NCBI GenBank assembly: GCA_051942245.1
Contig: JAVECL010000104.1
Coordinates: 1 to 53,076 of the forward strand
Source: Trypethelium eluteriae
Taxonomy: Eukaryota
DNA: 53,076 bases
Direction: 5' to 3'
This document shows, one piece after another, positions 23,967 to 36,130 of this stretch. Position 1 is the first letter of the stretch. Every line of letters begins with the position of its first letter. The translations under genes and the position numbers were made by a program. The notes under the pieces were generated by a model that worked only from the letters and a program-made list of their open reading frames with translations, did not search any database and had not been told where the DNA came from.

Positions 23967-26704
23967 ATGGATGCTCGAGGCGGGCCTAGTTGTCGCCAGT
24001 CAATACCTTCGACCGGATTGACGGTTGTGGTAAATCCGGAAAAGCCTTCTCTAGAGTAAGTGAGGAACCATATGATTTCAGATTGCTTGGCTGACTAGAA
24101 AGCGTCATATTCGTTCACGGATTTACCGGCCACCCCGAGCGGACCTGGACTCACAAAAGGGGAGACCCAGGACACCAGGCCAACGAAGACGACGAAACAG
24201 CCGAACAGCCTTCAAAAATCCGAAAACTTGGTCAGTTTTCCAAATCACATCCAGAAGGCCCTCGTCCTGCTATCTATTGGCCGAGAGACCTGATTCCCAT
24301 GACCCTTCCCAACTCACGAGTCTTGGTCTACGGCTATGATACACATATAAGACATAAGCTAGGCCCTCCAGCGAGCCAAAGTACAGTCTATGATATTGCT
24401 TGGGACTTTCTGGTAGCCTTGGAGGCTGGACGTCGGGCAGACGCATCAAGGCCAATGTTGTTTATTGCACACAGCCTGGGAGGTATCATCGTGAAGGAAA
24501 TGTTGCGGAGGTCAAGCAGCTGCCGCCAACTGCAGAGTCATCTCAATGGCATCTTTAAGTCGACGGTTGGTATAATGTTCTTTGGTACCCCACATGGCGG
24601 TGCCGATCCCCGTGGCATTCTCCAACGCATTGCCGAGATGGTATTCAAAATTGCTGGGTTTTCCGTCAATGAGCAAATTGTTAATACACTCTTGCCAACA
24701 GCAGAGCGCCTTAGAGAGCTGAGAGATGAGTTCGGCCTCATGGCTCAGGAGCAGAACTGGGTTATCCACTCATTTCAAGAACAATATGGTGTCACACCTC
24801 TTAGTGGTCATAAGGTAGCTGAACGACTACTTCATGACAATATACTGCTTCATCGCTAAGCAAATTTGCAGGTCGTCGAGGATACATCTTCGTACCTGAA
24901 CCTCCCGAAGATCGAAGTTCCCGAACATATTGGGCGTAATCATATGGAAATGTGCCGTTTTACTGGAGCGAATGATATTGAGTATGGGAAAGTTGTCTCC
25001 GCTTTGCATAGAATTTCCAGTTCAGTCTCTAGTCAGCCCAGGCAAAGGGATATTAAGTTGTTAACCGAAAAAGAGATAAATTTCTTGTTGAACTCATTGA
25101 AGTTTGATCAAATCGATGCTCGCCAGATGACTATCGGGAAAGCCCACACGAAGACATGCAAATGGCTCCTGGAAAACTCGAAATACGTCGACTGGCTTGA
25201 CACTACTAAATACAACGAACACCATGGTTTTTTGTGGATGAAAGGGAAGCCTGGAACTGGAAAGTCGACGTTGATGAAATTCGCCCTACTTAATACTCGC
25301 AAGACGATGAAGGACAGAATCCTCATATCCTTCTTCTTCAATGCACGAGGCGAGAGTCTGGAGAGATCTACAACCGGGCTATACCGGTCGCTCTTACTTC
25401 AACTCCTCGAACGATTCCCAAAGCTTCGGAACGTCTTTTACTTCGCCGGGATCGAGTCAGTAAGCATTAGTGCGAGCTTTCAGTGGAGTCTCGAAACGTT
25501 GAAAATCTTAATAGAACTGGCTGTGCAAGGTCTTGGAGAAAATTCTGCACTTTGCTTCATTGATGCCTTAGACGAATGTGAGGAGTATCAAGTCCGCGAC
25601 ATGATATCATTCTTTGAGTATATCGGTGACCTCACTGTGTCTGCTGGGGTCAGGCTACAGGTCTGCTTTTCCAGTAGGCATTATCCGCATATCACCATGC
25701 GCGGAGGACTGGATCTAGTGATAGAAGGACAAGAAGGACACAATCAGGATATAGCCAACTACCTGAATAGCGAGTTGAAGATTGGCCATAGCCAAATTGC
25801 TCACGAGATCCGAAGGGAGGTCCAAGACAAAGCCTCAAATGTGTTTATGTGGGTTGTTCTTGTGGTTAGGATACTGAATGAAGAGCACGACGGTGGCCGT
25901 ATACACGCGCTTCGACGAACACTGCAGGAGATCCCTGGCGATCTTCATAAGCTATTTCTTGATATCTTAACGCGCGACTCCAAGAATAAAAACGAACTGA
26001 TTCTCTGTATTCAGTGGGTACTCTTCGCAACCACGCCGTTGACTCCAGAGCAGTTGTATTTTGCTATTCTGTCTGGGATCGAGCCGGAGATCCTATCAAT
26101 TTGGGATTCTAAAGAGATCACACAAAGCACTATCAGAAGATTCATACTCAATTGCTCCAAAGGACTTGCCGAGCTTACGGTATCCAAGGTTCCGAAAGTG
26201 CAGTTCATTCATGAATCCATCAAGGACTTTCTTGTCAAGGACAATGGCCTCAAAAGCATCTGGCCTGGAATTGAGAACAATTTCCAAGGTCAAAGTCACG
26301 AGCGTCTGAGACATTGCTGTATCAATTATATGAATATTGATGTAGTTGGTCTTCTGCAACTCGATAAAAGCCTTCCGAAAGCCTCCCCAGGGCAAGCTGC
26401 TGCTCTCTGCTCCTCGGTCACTGACGCATTCCCCTTCCTAGAGTATGCCGTATGCAATGTGCTATATCATGCGGACGTAGCAGCAGGCAGCGGTGTTGCC
26501 CAAGAAGACTTTATCCAAAACTTTCCACTTGCTTCTTGGATCTATCTCGATAATTTGGTAAAGAAACAGAAAGCACGCAGGTATACTAAAGGTGCAAGTC
26601 TGCTTTATCTATTCGCAGAGCGCGATTTGTCAAATCTCATCAGAATTTATTTAGACATCCCAGGGTTCGGAAACAGACCTAAATATAGAATTGCTATTCC
26701 GTAA
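23967..26704 (+). CDS. NLR-like STAND protein: SesB-like alpha/beta hydrolase plus NACHT, with no C-terminal repeat domain
   Basis: Exons 23967-24055, 24103-24814 and 24872-26704. Hydrolase motifs DVIFVHGFTGHPERTWT, YWPRDLIP, RVLVYGYD, AHSLGGIIVKE, FFGTPHGG and NHMEMCRF. NACHT Walker A GKPGTGKS, Walker B CFIDALDEC, FSSRHYP, FMWVVLVV and VQFIHESIKDFL. Confidence 0.88.
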
Positions 26705-26914
26705 GTGGAGGATTATAATTCAATTATAAATCAAATAATTATTATATGATTGTTTATAGTTTTATTTAATCCTTTTTTATTTTAGAGGCTATTTTTTATG
26801 GCCATTGGGATAATACGTGTCATCCTCGCTTGCTGAACAAAGAACGGAGCATTCGTTAAACGGTTAAAGCTTAGAGTACGGAGCTCGTGGTTCGACTGCC
26901 AGCTACGGAAAGCG

Positions 26915-27287
26915 ACATGTCCACATTTTGTGCATGCTCCTTTTCGTGTCTAAGAGGCAAAGGAGCATATACAGTGTCTTAGAATGCTGGATTGTTGACA
27001 TGAATTTCATCAGGAGCTATTCTCATAATTGGTCCTTCACAGAGAGCGGTGAGAGAGAACGTGGACAAGGTTGCAATAAATGTTCCTTACCATATGGCTG
27101 GTGTAGCTTCTGGATCTTAAAGATCTATCTAGTAAGTTGAACGATATCATAGTAAGCTTCATACTATGATCTTGCCATAGCAAATTTTGGACCTGAGGGG
27201 ATAAATGAAGAGTTTGCGAGCCACCAACAGCACAGCCCACAAGAGTTGCGTAGCTATGACTGCTATTGAGAGCTAGACAGGAGTCAT
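26915..27287 (-). pseudogene. 5' relic of a fungal cytochrome P450 gene
   Basis: Minus strand reads MTPV*LSIAVIATQLLWAVLLVARKLFIYPL /frameshift/ GPKFAMARS*YEAYYDIVQLTR*IFKIQKLHQPY[G], then intron 27090-27035 (GTAAGG..AAG), then GPIMRIAPDEIHVNNPAF*DTVYAP. This matches the fungal P450 N-terminal pattern PGPK..A.T.WYE.YYD...I..LH.KYGPI.RI.P.E.HV.DP. Confidence 0.8.
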
Positions 27288-27900
27288 CAAGTCATGACGA
27301 ATGAGTTTCAGGCTGCTTACAGTCGATACTAAGAAGTGAGTGGCCTGACGGCTTAGGAACCCCAATATTTGATGGGAACATCTTCTCCTGCGGGATGCTG
27401 CAGCCAAGGCTGCGCCATGGGATGCCGATTGACCAAGGGAAATTTGGCAGAATAGAGAGCGTAGCCGTAGCTGCCTAATTTAAGAGAGTTGGTACGCCAT
27501 GACATTGTGCTGGGTAGAGTATGCTTCCAACATTGGGTCGCATAGCAGGGGGTTTCAAGCAACCAAACCACTGCATGCAAATCACTCACACAATCACTCA
27601 TCAATGAAATTAGTCATCTGATTTTACATACCCAATCCTGATCAAAGATAATCAGCACTTTGTGCATGGCAAAAACCGGACCGGCAGTCGCGGGCAGAGG
27701 CAAGCAGGCGTACGTTGGTAACCCACTCTTGTGGCTAACCCAAATCATTGTTTAGATTTTTAAGATCAGCCTATCCACATGACCAGAAAATATGCTTCAA
27801 GAGGCCCACCTTAAAATCAAGCCGGAACGCTCAGAAACGGTGCCTGAACAAAGACAAAGAAAAGCAAAAGAAAAAAAAAAGGAAAAAAAGAGTACCGAGT

Positions 27901-29264
27901 TCACGCCCGCGCGTACTCATTCACAGGTCCCAGCTCAGACCTCCTCTTCCTCAACTTATTCGCCAGCCCCATGCCGCTCCCACTACTCTGCGACCCACTC
28001 CTCCTCAAGTCCGTCCCATTATTCCCCTGGGGATGACTGCTCGCCTTCTTCACAAAATTCCCCAGTATTCCCCCACTCGACCTTTTTTCCCTCTGTTGCT
28101 GACCCTTCTCCTTCTCTCCGTCCCGCTGATTCGCCGAGATGGACGTCTGTGTTCCTATCCCGCCTCGATGCGTATCCGCGCCCCAGGACTCCCGCAATGG
28201 TGACGGCTGCTGTTGTGTCTGACGGGGCCGGGGGATGTCTTGGCGACCACGATCGACAGAGGCTGGAGGTTGGGTTTGCTGAGGGATGTTGTTTTTGGAG
28301 TGGAGAAGGTGCTTGTCGGCTAGGCTGGCGACTGTGCCCTGGGATCAAAGAGGTGTTAGCGGGCTGTTGGATGAATTGTGCGTTATCGCTGAGACGCTTG
28401 TGGCGTAGGGTCTGAGCTTACATGTATACCCGCAGCCGCTGCTTTGAGTTCCGCGAGTGTACCCTCTCGCGGTTGTTCCTGCGATCGTCGATAGTACCGC
28501 TTGTTTTCTTGCGCGTCTGCTGCCTCGTTGGGTGGTGGCGTCTTTCGGGGGTATGAGAAGTTCTGACCTGGTTTCTGGAACTGAGCCCCAGGTGGTGGGC
28601 TGGTTGGACTAATGGGGGTTTGACCATAGTTATGGTTGCTCTTTTTGTCGCTCAGTGGCAGTGGTGTGGGTGCTACGTATTGTCGATTGGGACTTCTTCG
28701 TGAAGATTGTTCGAAAGGCTGTGCAGCGGGCGCATCGGCAGTCTTGTAGTTCGTACCTGTGCGGAAAGCTGGATGGACATTCTCTTGGTTGAGACTGCTA
28801 CCGCGATGGGGAACGTTAGGGCCACCTGAATTACGCCGAGAGTTGGGCGGAGGAGTCGTTCGGGTTGTGTTGCTAGCTTCTGGAGGGGGATCGGTGCGAG
28901 GCTGCTGAGTTGTGCTTGTCCCACCTGGACCAGTAATGGTGGTTGTGGTCGTAGTCGTTGTAGTCGTCGTAGTGACTGTCTGACCACTACTTGGGTCATG
29001 ATGCGTCTCTCTTGTTATTGCAGGACTCGTCCATGACTGAGGGCCGTCGTTGCTTGATTTTGGATGGGGCGAGGGTCGAGTGCTCTGACCAGACTTACTA
29101 CGCTCGCTATTGACGCTTGATTTACCATTCGTTTCGGTTTCAGAGTTACTTGCGTAGGTGGAGTCGGGACCATTAGCAGGGGTTTCCAGGTTATCAACCT
29201 TCTTACCCTTGGAAAAGGGATTCCACTTCGACCTCTTCTCTTCTTTGGTTCCATTGAGCGCCAT
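27901..29264 (-). CDS. Hypothetical low-complexity (Ser/Thr/Pro-rich) fungal protein
   Basis: Exon 29264-28422 (MALNGTKEEK...TTTTTTTTTTT...LKAAAAGIH). Intron 28421-28339 (GTAAGC..GCTAAC..CAG) splices in frame to a stop-free exon ending at 27901. Confidence 0.7.
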
Positions 29265-30560
29265 TGTGAACAAGCCTAATAGACTCGGTACATTGATATC
29301 AAGTGATGAGAAATATTAGACACCACCGAACATCGACGAGCTGGTCAATGATAACATCATCACATAAGGGCAAGTAATGGATTGCTGGGATATCATCCTG
29401 CTGCTGGTCGAAAACCGGTTGATAGGAATGACGCAAGTGGATGTGTGGCTGAAGCTGTCAATTCACAAATCCGTCCATTGGCTGGGTTATCTAACCCCGC
29501 GAAATGTGGCGGTGCGACTCCCCAACGTTTAGATGAGGCTGCTCATTAGGTCTTATCGCGATAGATATATGAGGACAAAGTGACCTTATAAAAACTCTAC
29601 TTCTGATAGAGGACGTTGAAACCGAAGGCTTGTAACGTGAGCAATGGTTAAGCAGCTTGATACGTGGCTGAGCAGGACGGAGCACGCCCTGAGTCCACAT
29701 GAGCCAGCGTGATCGAGGTGGAGCCTAGGAGTAAGCTCCTTACCCCGAGCAACGTGAGCCGGTCCTGGAATTGGCCCCGAACAGATCCTTCGTCTTGGCA
29801 GTGCTGGTCGATCGCCATTCGTTAATCTCTTGAGATTTACGCTTCAAATGAGAATCTGCAAACCCTAGGATGCCACGTAGACACGTTATGGTCAACGATG
29901 GCGACGATTCAACACAGGTCCAGCAATACATCGAAGTAAAAGCCCATCGTAGTATAAAGATTTGTACCAAATGACCCGAGACTTGCGTCAATCTATGGAA
30001 AGTAGCTCTCGAGCATTCATGATGCGTTCCTCGTTTGACGAGAACGAAGATTGTGGACCAAGACTGGCCACACCTTTTCATGAATCCAGTCGTTGCTTCT
30101 CAACACTCCGGCGAACAACAATAAGCACTGGCTTCCCAGCCCCTCTACGTGGCTCCTTGAACGATGTACTGTCATTGATAGCCTCCCTGGTGATGAGTAT
30201 ACTATGACTGCTTTTAGCGACCCTATCTCGCTGCGGCATTGAATGGTGATGCTGATATCTTTGGGATCGTTCTGAAATTTCGGGCCGGAAAAGAGTATTA
30301 TACCGATTTTTAGTATATACCCAGATCACTCCAATACTCGTATCGTGGGTGGCTAAAACTTCCTGCGTGTACGATGTTGCAAATTGGGTATGATCTTTCG
30401 GTGAGAAACACACGGACTCTTTCAGCATTCTTGAACATTCACGCACGGAGCACGCGTCGATAATAGCCTAGCGTTGCATTAAGACTCATGGTTATATGTA
30501 CCTTGGCCAGACCGTTCGGAGAAAACTATATAAGCTACTTCAAGAAAATCTGAGGCGCAC

Positions 30561-30647
30561 GGTTGCGTAGTGTAGCGGTGATCACTCCGGATTCTGATAA
30601 TTTAATCATGTTTTCCGGCAACCCCGGTTCGATTCCGGGCGCGACCT
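30561..30647 (+). tRNA. tRNA-Gln, anticodon CTG, with 15-nt intron (30598-30612)
   Basis: Acceptor stem GGTTGCG/CGCGACC. D-arm region TAGTGTAGCGGTGATCAC. Anticodon stem CCGGA/TCCGG around TT-CTG-A. T-arm CCCGG-TTCGATT-CCGGG. Intron at the canonical 37/38 position. Confidence 0.93.
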
Positions 30648-30677
30648 GGATATCTGATTTGACTTGTCATGGTTCTC

Positions 30678-30691
30678 TTTTTTTTTTTTTT
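30678..30691 (+). terminator. Poly(T) tract, candidate Pol III terminator for the tRNA
   Basis: Run of 14 T about 30 nt downstream of the tRNA 3' end. Confidence 0.6.
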
Positions 30692-31146
30692 CTTTTTCCC
30701 TCTTAAAAAAGGGGGGGAGGAACATCGGATTGGTCCTTTGACAATAAGTTTTTGACGAGAATAATGCACTCATTCCCGTCGCTATCTGCTCTGCGCATAC
30801 CTGGAATCGTGGTTGCGAGCGAGACTGAGGGAGAGTAAGCGCGGCCCAAGGCAGTAAGATTCGAGCTTGAGCAACGGTGGTTGACCTTGAGTTTATTATG
30901 AGCGGGACTTGAAACGGTGCAAGGGTGAGCCAGTCGAGTCGATATTAAGCGTAGAGTATCTTTGGTGGGTCATCATCTCTGTATTGTTGAATCAAGTTAG
31001 GACATGAGAGCAATCACTTTGTCCTCAATAGTGGGTGAATTGCTGACGGAATATCAGTAATAATGTATTCAATCAGCCCGATACTGAATACGGAGTATCC
31101 AAGGCGCTATGCCACCCCAAGATGCAATGCTAAGCCGTAATCTTCG

Positions 31147-34100
31147 TCAAGTCCTAGTAGTTTTCCTTCCCTTCGCTAGTAATTTCTCCTTAAGTTCCCA
31201 AACAGCATCTGCCCAGCCATCAAACCTATCTCCGACCTTGCTGGCCAAGAATTCTGCCATCTTCCGCTCATTGTAACTTTCTCCGTACGCAACACGGGCT
31301 GTCGGCGTAATATGTGGATTGACTTTCCCGTCCTGAACTGCTGCACCAACCTCAAAACCAATCATAATTTTCGTTTCCAACTTCGATAGCAGCATCATGG
31401 ATCGGATTTCCATCTTCTCGTCGCTTAAAATTGATGGCTCTGTGATGAACCCTCTTTCCAGACCTTTGACAGCAGCGGAAACGGCCCAGGCCATTTGCCA
31501 TCCAGAGGATACAAAATCTAACAGCTCTTTGACACGGGTTTGGCCTTGGCTAATGCACTGCAAATGGGCCCGCATGATTTGCAGAAAGAAGCGTGTTTCC
31601 GTTGTTAGTGGTCGTGGGCGATGCTCATTATCATCTCCGATATACGTAAGTCGAATAGATGAGTTTTCCTGCTTGGTAGCATACGCAGAACCTCCAAGCC
31701 GAAATGACGCCATATCGAAGAAAAGCTGGATGCTATTGCGGTATACCATTGTAACGTTTGTGTTCGACGCGGAGATGATAGACCAGCCGTGCTCTGCTTC
31801 CAGTGCCTGGACAGACTCTGTTTGAATCATCAGTGAGTATCTGCCAGGACATGAACCTGAAATTCCATACCTTGAAGGCCCCGAACCTCTACAGCAGACC
31901 AGCCGCAGGATTCCTCTCTAATTCTTTCCGCCTCTTTGATCTCAGCAATCATTTCAGCTTTCTTTTCTTGGCTCGTCTCAATGGCATCATTTTTTTCTCG
32001 TACGTATTTCTGCAGCTGTTCCAGCATCCTCTTTTTTTCTTCAATTTCCTTTCCCACATCAACTAACCCTTCTCTTACTTCATCAAGCTCCTCCCTATCG
32101 CTTTCATTCACGTCTCTTACCTGCTGTTCCAGGACCTGTTTCTCAGTTTCCAAGCTCTCCCTTCTAGCTTGCAGTTCCGGCAAAACACCCGCGATCATGC
32201 GCTCTTTCTCCTCTAAAATTTTCCCATCCCGCTCCATCCCCTCTGCGATTCCCTCGAAACCCACCTTCAATCCCTTCAACAGTTGGCTTCGCCACTCATA
32301 CCACATCCCTTTGCTCAGGAGTCTCGCATTGGTCTTCACGTTTCCAAATTGCTTATCCATGATCGCGCGCTGCGCCCTTGACGCGCCGCTATACTCTCGG
32401 AAGAGCGCCGGCTGGTTTTCCGCCGCCTCCGCCGCAATCTGATCGACGACCTCGTGGCCGCTCGCGATGTAGTGTTTCAGTTCGCGACACGAATGCTGGA
32501 ACATTTCAAGAGTGGGGACAAGACAGGCACCCGCGGCGACTCGGGATGAAAGAGTCGAGCCGGATTCCAGATTAAGGTCCGGCGTTTTTATGGAAGACGG
32601 TACAGCGGTGTGGCGGCGTCTTGTGGTGGTAAGGTCCATGAAGCGGATGGAGGTCATGTCGAGGAAATGCTGGAGGTGGATGTGCTCGGGTGAAGGCTGG
32701 ATCGGTTCTCGGATCTCTTCCATGACTGCGTCGCTGTCGCCCCTATTCTTGTCCTGTTTGATGGGTGACCCCAATGACTGCTCAACCTGAACCTTTTTCC
32801 GTGATGACGCGCTTTTCGCCGGACTTGCTCTTTTGAGGGGGGTCAAGCTCTTCTGAATAGGTGAATGGGATTTCGGTGTAGCTTGTTTCTTAGGTGTGGC
32901 GCTGGTCAAACGCTTCAGAGGAGACTGACTAACTTCCTTTCGCGGGGTGGAGAGTAATCTCATCGACTCACTGAGGGTCCTTGTCTCTTTTGCAGCCAAC
33001 TCCTTTTCAGGCGTAGCAAAAGCTTTTGTAGGAGAATTGAATGCTGGCTTCTTCTTCGGCGAGGGGCTTGGAGGTTCGTTCTCCTTTTCATTTTCCGATA
33101 TATCAGCGACTTCGACCTCTGGAGTGTCCGGCACTACAGGCTCTCCATCTATGGCCGGCGCTTCTTCAACTTGTTCAGCACTACAGAGACTCGGACGTCC
33201 AATGCTCTTACGTGGCGATTTTCTCGGAGTTTTGGGAGGTGTTCGCGTCTCTAAAGTCCGGGCTTGCTTCTCCAAGAGAGGGGTCAGCTTCTTGGGCGTC
33301 GGCTCCTGGACGTCTTTGAAGCGGTTTTGGTCTTTCGGTGTTGAGGCTATAGAGAGAGGGTCTGATGTCGCTTCTGTGATAGGAGTTTTCGGTTGGTCTT
33401 CCTGCTCTGATTTTTGTGCACCTTGGATACCACCCATCACTGTCGTTAGCTCCATACTTAATTCTTCGTTGCTATTTAGCGAGGGATCATCGTCGGTTGT
33501 GACTCTGGCACCATTTTCTTGGATCTGACCAACAGCCAATGTCAAGTCCATTGCCTCATCATCGGAAACCGAGCTCTCTGTTGAGCTTTGGAGTCTTTCT
33601 ACGCTGGCGCGTCGATTTCCTGACGCTTTAGCTGGGTTTTGCTGGATTCCTCCTACTGCTGTAGTGAATTCCATGCTCACTTCATCTAGATTTGAGGTTA
33701 TTCCAGAGCTCCGTCTTCGTCTCACAGCTGAATCGCGGCCAATGCGCCGAGTCGCGGGACTGCCATGGGACTCTTTCGAAAGCTTTAAAGGCGATCCCGA
33801 ACTCAATGTGCGCCGTCTTTTAGGTATTGTAGTAGGATCTGCTTCGTGATCGACAGCATTTGGCTGAATACGTCCTACGGCAACTGTGAGGTCCATCGTT
33901 GCATCATCCTGCAGAGACTTTCTTGCTCGCATTTGCTTTTTCTGAGGCATGATTCTGCCGACGGCCTGGGTGATATCCATGCTCACACCATTATCTTGGT
34001 CATCAATCTCTTGCTGGGGAGAGCCGATGGTAGCAGTAGTCCCAGCTTTGAACGCTGGACTGAACGGATTCACATTCTCCTTATCGCTATCCAAAAGCGA

Positions 34101-35146
34101 GGCCACCTTCGCACTTTGTTTTACCGGGCTCCCACCAGCTCGCGTTGTTTTCTGACATGCATCCATCCATGGTTGAAATGCGTCCGTAACAGTTCCGTCG
34201 GCAATCTCCATGCTTGCTTCTCCACCATCATCTATCTCGAGACCCCTGGTACCCGCAGCCTCGGCAGCCTGCCGAAGTGCGGCATCAAGACGCGCAGAGG
34301 AGCCTGTTGAATCATTACTGCCTTCACTCGTCCCGCTCGTACGGCTCGTTACAGTAGGTTCACCCTCATCTGTAACAAGACTCATAGCTGTACTCTCCGC
34401 GTCATCATTGCTTCCATCCTCATCTCCTTCGACGTTGAAGGGAGACGATGTGATTGCCGATTCGCCGCTGGTAGGACTCGAGGAATATACATCGTCAGGA
34501 TTGTTAAAGTTCATAGGTGGAATTCCTGAACTTCGTCTTCTTCGTTTCTTCTGATGTAAACCCCTCTGGTCCGCTGGACTTGCCGATACTATCGGCGTGT
34601 CCTCTGCTTGTTCTGGCGGTGTACTGGGCGGGATGGGTTCTGAAGCGTCTGTATCTTGCGATCGGGACTTCTTTGCGGGAGATTCTGAGCTGCGTGCTTT
34701 CGCAACGACTGATGCATGTCGAGCGGAGCCAGATGAAGCAGTCGAGGGAGTAGCATCGCGCAAATACTCGATAACGTCCCAGGTATGTAACGTAGCTTCG
34801 GGGGCAAAGGAGACGCGACGATTTGCGAGGGATTTACGCCGCGCTTCTCGGCGTTTCTGCTCATCTTCTTTGGAGGGAAGGATGGATTGAGGGACAAATG
34901 CGGACTGTGATTTGCAAAATCTTAGCGATGATCGGATGAAATGGCACGCGCGTGTGCATATTTGCTGTTCCATACTTTGCGACGGTTTGCAGCATCCGCC
35001 ATGTCCTTCAATGCATCCATCCCACCGGGTCCAATGCTCTTACTGCGAGATTTTTTCCCTTTCTTGTCTCTCAAAGGCGATTTATTAGTTGTCGGGACCG
35101 TCATATCGATAGGCGCCATATTTTCCTTGGCTTGTAAGCCAGCCAT
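31147..35146 (-). CDS. spc105: Kinetochore protein Spc105/Spc7/KNL1
   Basis: Exons 35146-34976, 34904-31871 and 31817-31147. Motifs KSRSKSIGPGG, RRVSFAPEATLHTW (PP1-docking RVSF), MELT-like repeats (MDITQAVG, MDLTVAVG, MEFTTAVGGI, MDLTLAVG, MELTTVMGGI), and Spc7 domain LQHFLDMTSIRFM...VKTNARLLSKGMWYEWR. Confidence 0.93.
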
Positions 35147-35421
35147 GAGGGAGAATGCGTCCGTTTTCTCACGCACGTTAGCAATGGTGGTGGAAGCGGA
35201 GCACTGGGCCGCGATTAATGTTGTTGTTTACCCCATCTCGGTGCTAGCGCAGGTAGCTCCACCGCGGCACCGGCTCGGCAAAACCTTTTGACCGAATTCT
35301 GAGTCTCGCACACCGATTTCACAAGCGAGTATAGAAGTCTACCACAGCCAAGGATACGGACCACGCTCACCTACACATTCAATCGCACTGCGGTACATTC
35401 GAACAGGTCAGTATCGCAAGC

Positions 35422-36130
35422 ATGGCGACGGAGCTTACAGTTCAGTCGGAGCGTGCGTTCCAAAAGCAACCGCATATCTTTCTCAACTCCAAGACACAGG
35501 CCGGGAAGAGTAAGAGGAAGGGGAAGGGCGGCAGGAGATGGTTTAAGGATGTGGGACTGGGCTTTCGAACACCAAAGACTGCTATCGATGGCCACTATAT
35601 TGGTATGTGGGACGGCAGTGTTTTCCATCCTCTTGCGCTCAACTTGAAGCGTGAGCGAGCTTGAAGGCCATTGCAATATCCCAGCCTCTTCTGGGAAAGA
35701 CCTTCCGCAAATTTATAAATGCTAATCTTCGTTGGAAATAGATAAGAAGTGTCCGTTCACTGGTCTAGTTTCTATCCGTGGTCGTATCCTTACTGGGACT
35801 GTTGTCTCTACCAAGATGCACCGTACCCTCGTTGTTCGTCGAGAATACCTTCATTTTGTCCCTAAGTATGGACGTTACGAGAAGCGACATAAAAATCTGG
35901 CAGCCCACGTTAGTCCGGCTTTTCGTGTTGAGGAGGGTGATCAAGTCACTGTTGGACAATGCAGACCCTTAAGCAAGACGGTACGGTTGCCTTAAATTCA
36001 ACTGCCTACTCAGTTAAAGCCTGAGTTGGTTGCAAGTATTGATACTGATGGCGATCATCAGGTCCGGTTCAATGTTCTCCGTGTGCTCCCCAGAACAGGC
36101 AAAGCAGTCAAGGCATTCCAGAAGTTCTGA
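35422..36130 (+). CDS. rps11: 40S ribosomal protein S11 (uS17)
   Basis: Exons 35422-35602, 35742-35980 and 36062-36130. [20 protein letters not shown]...[16 protein letters not shown]...[13 protein letters not shown]. Confidence 0.97.

Noticed and set aside
26846..26905. tRNA/SINE-like string (TCGTTAAACGGTTAAAGC ... GGTTCGACT)
   Set aside because: Only loose A/B-box resemblance. I could not build an acceptor stem or anticodon arm.
29490..30450. Several 70-120 aa ORFs before the tRNA
   Set aside because: No homology recognised in any frame.
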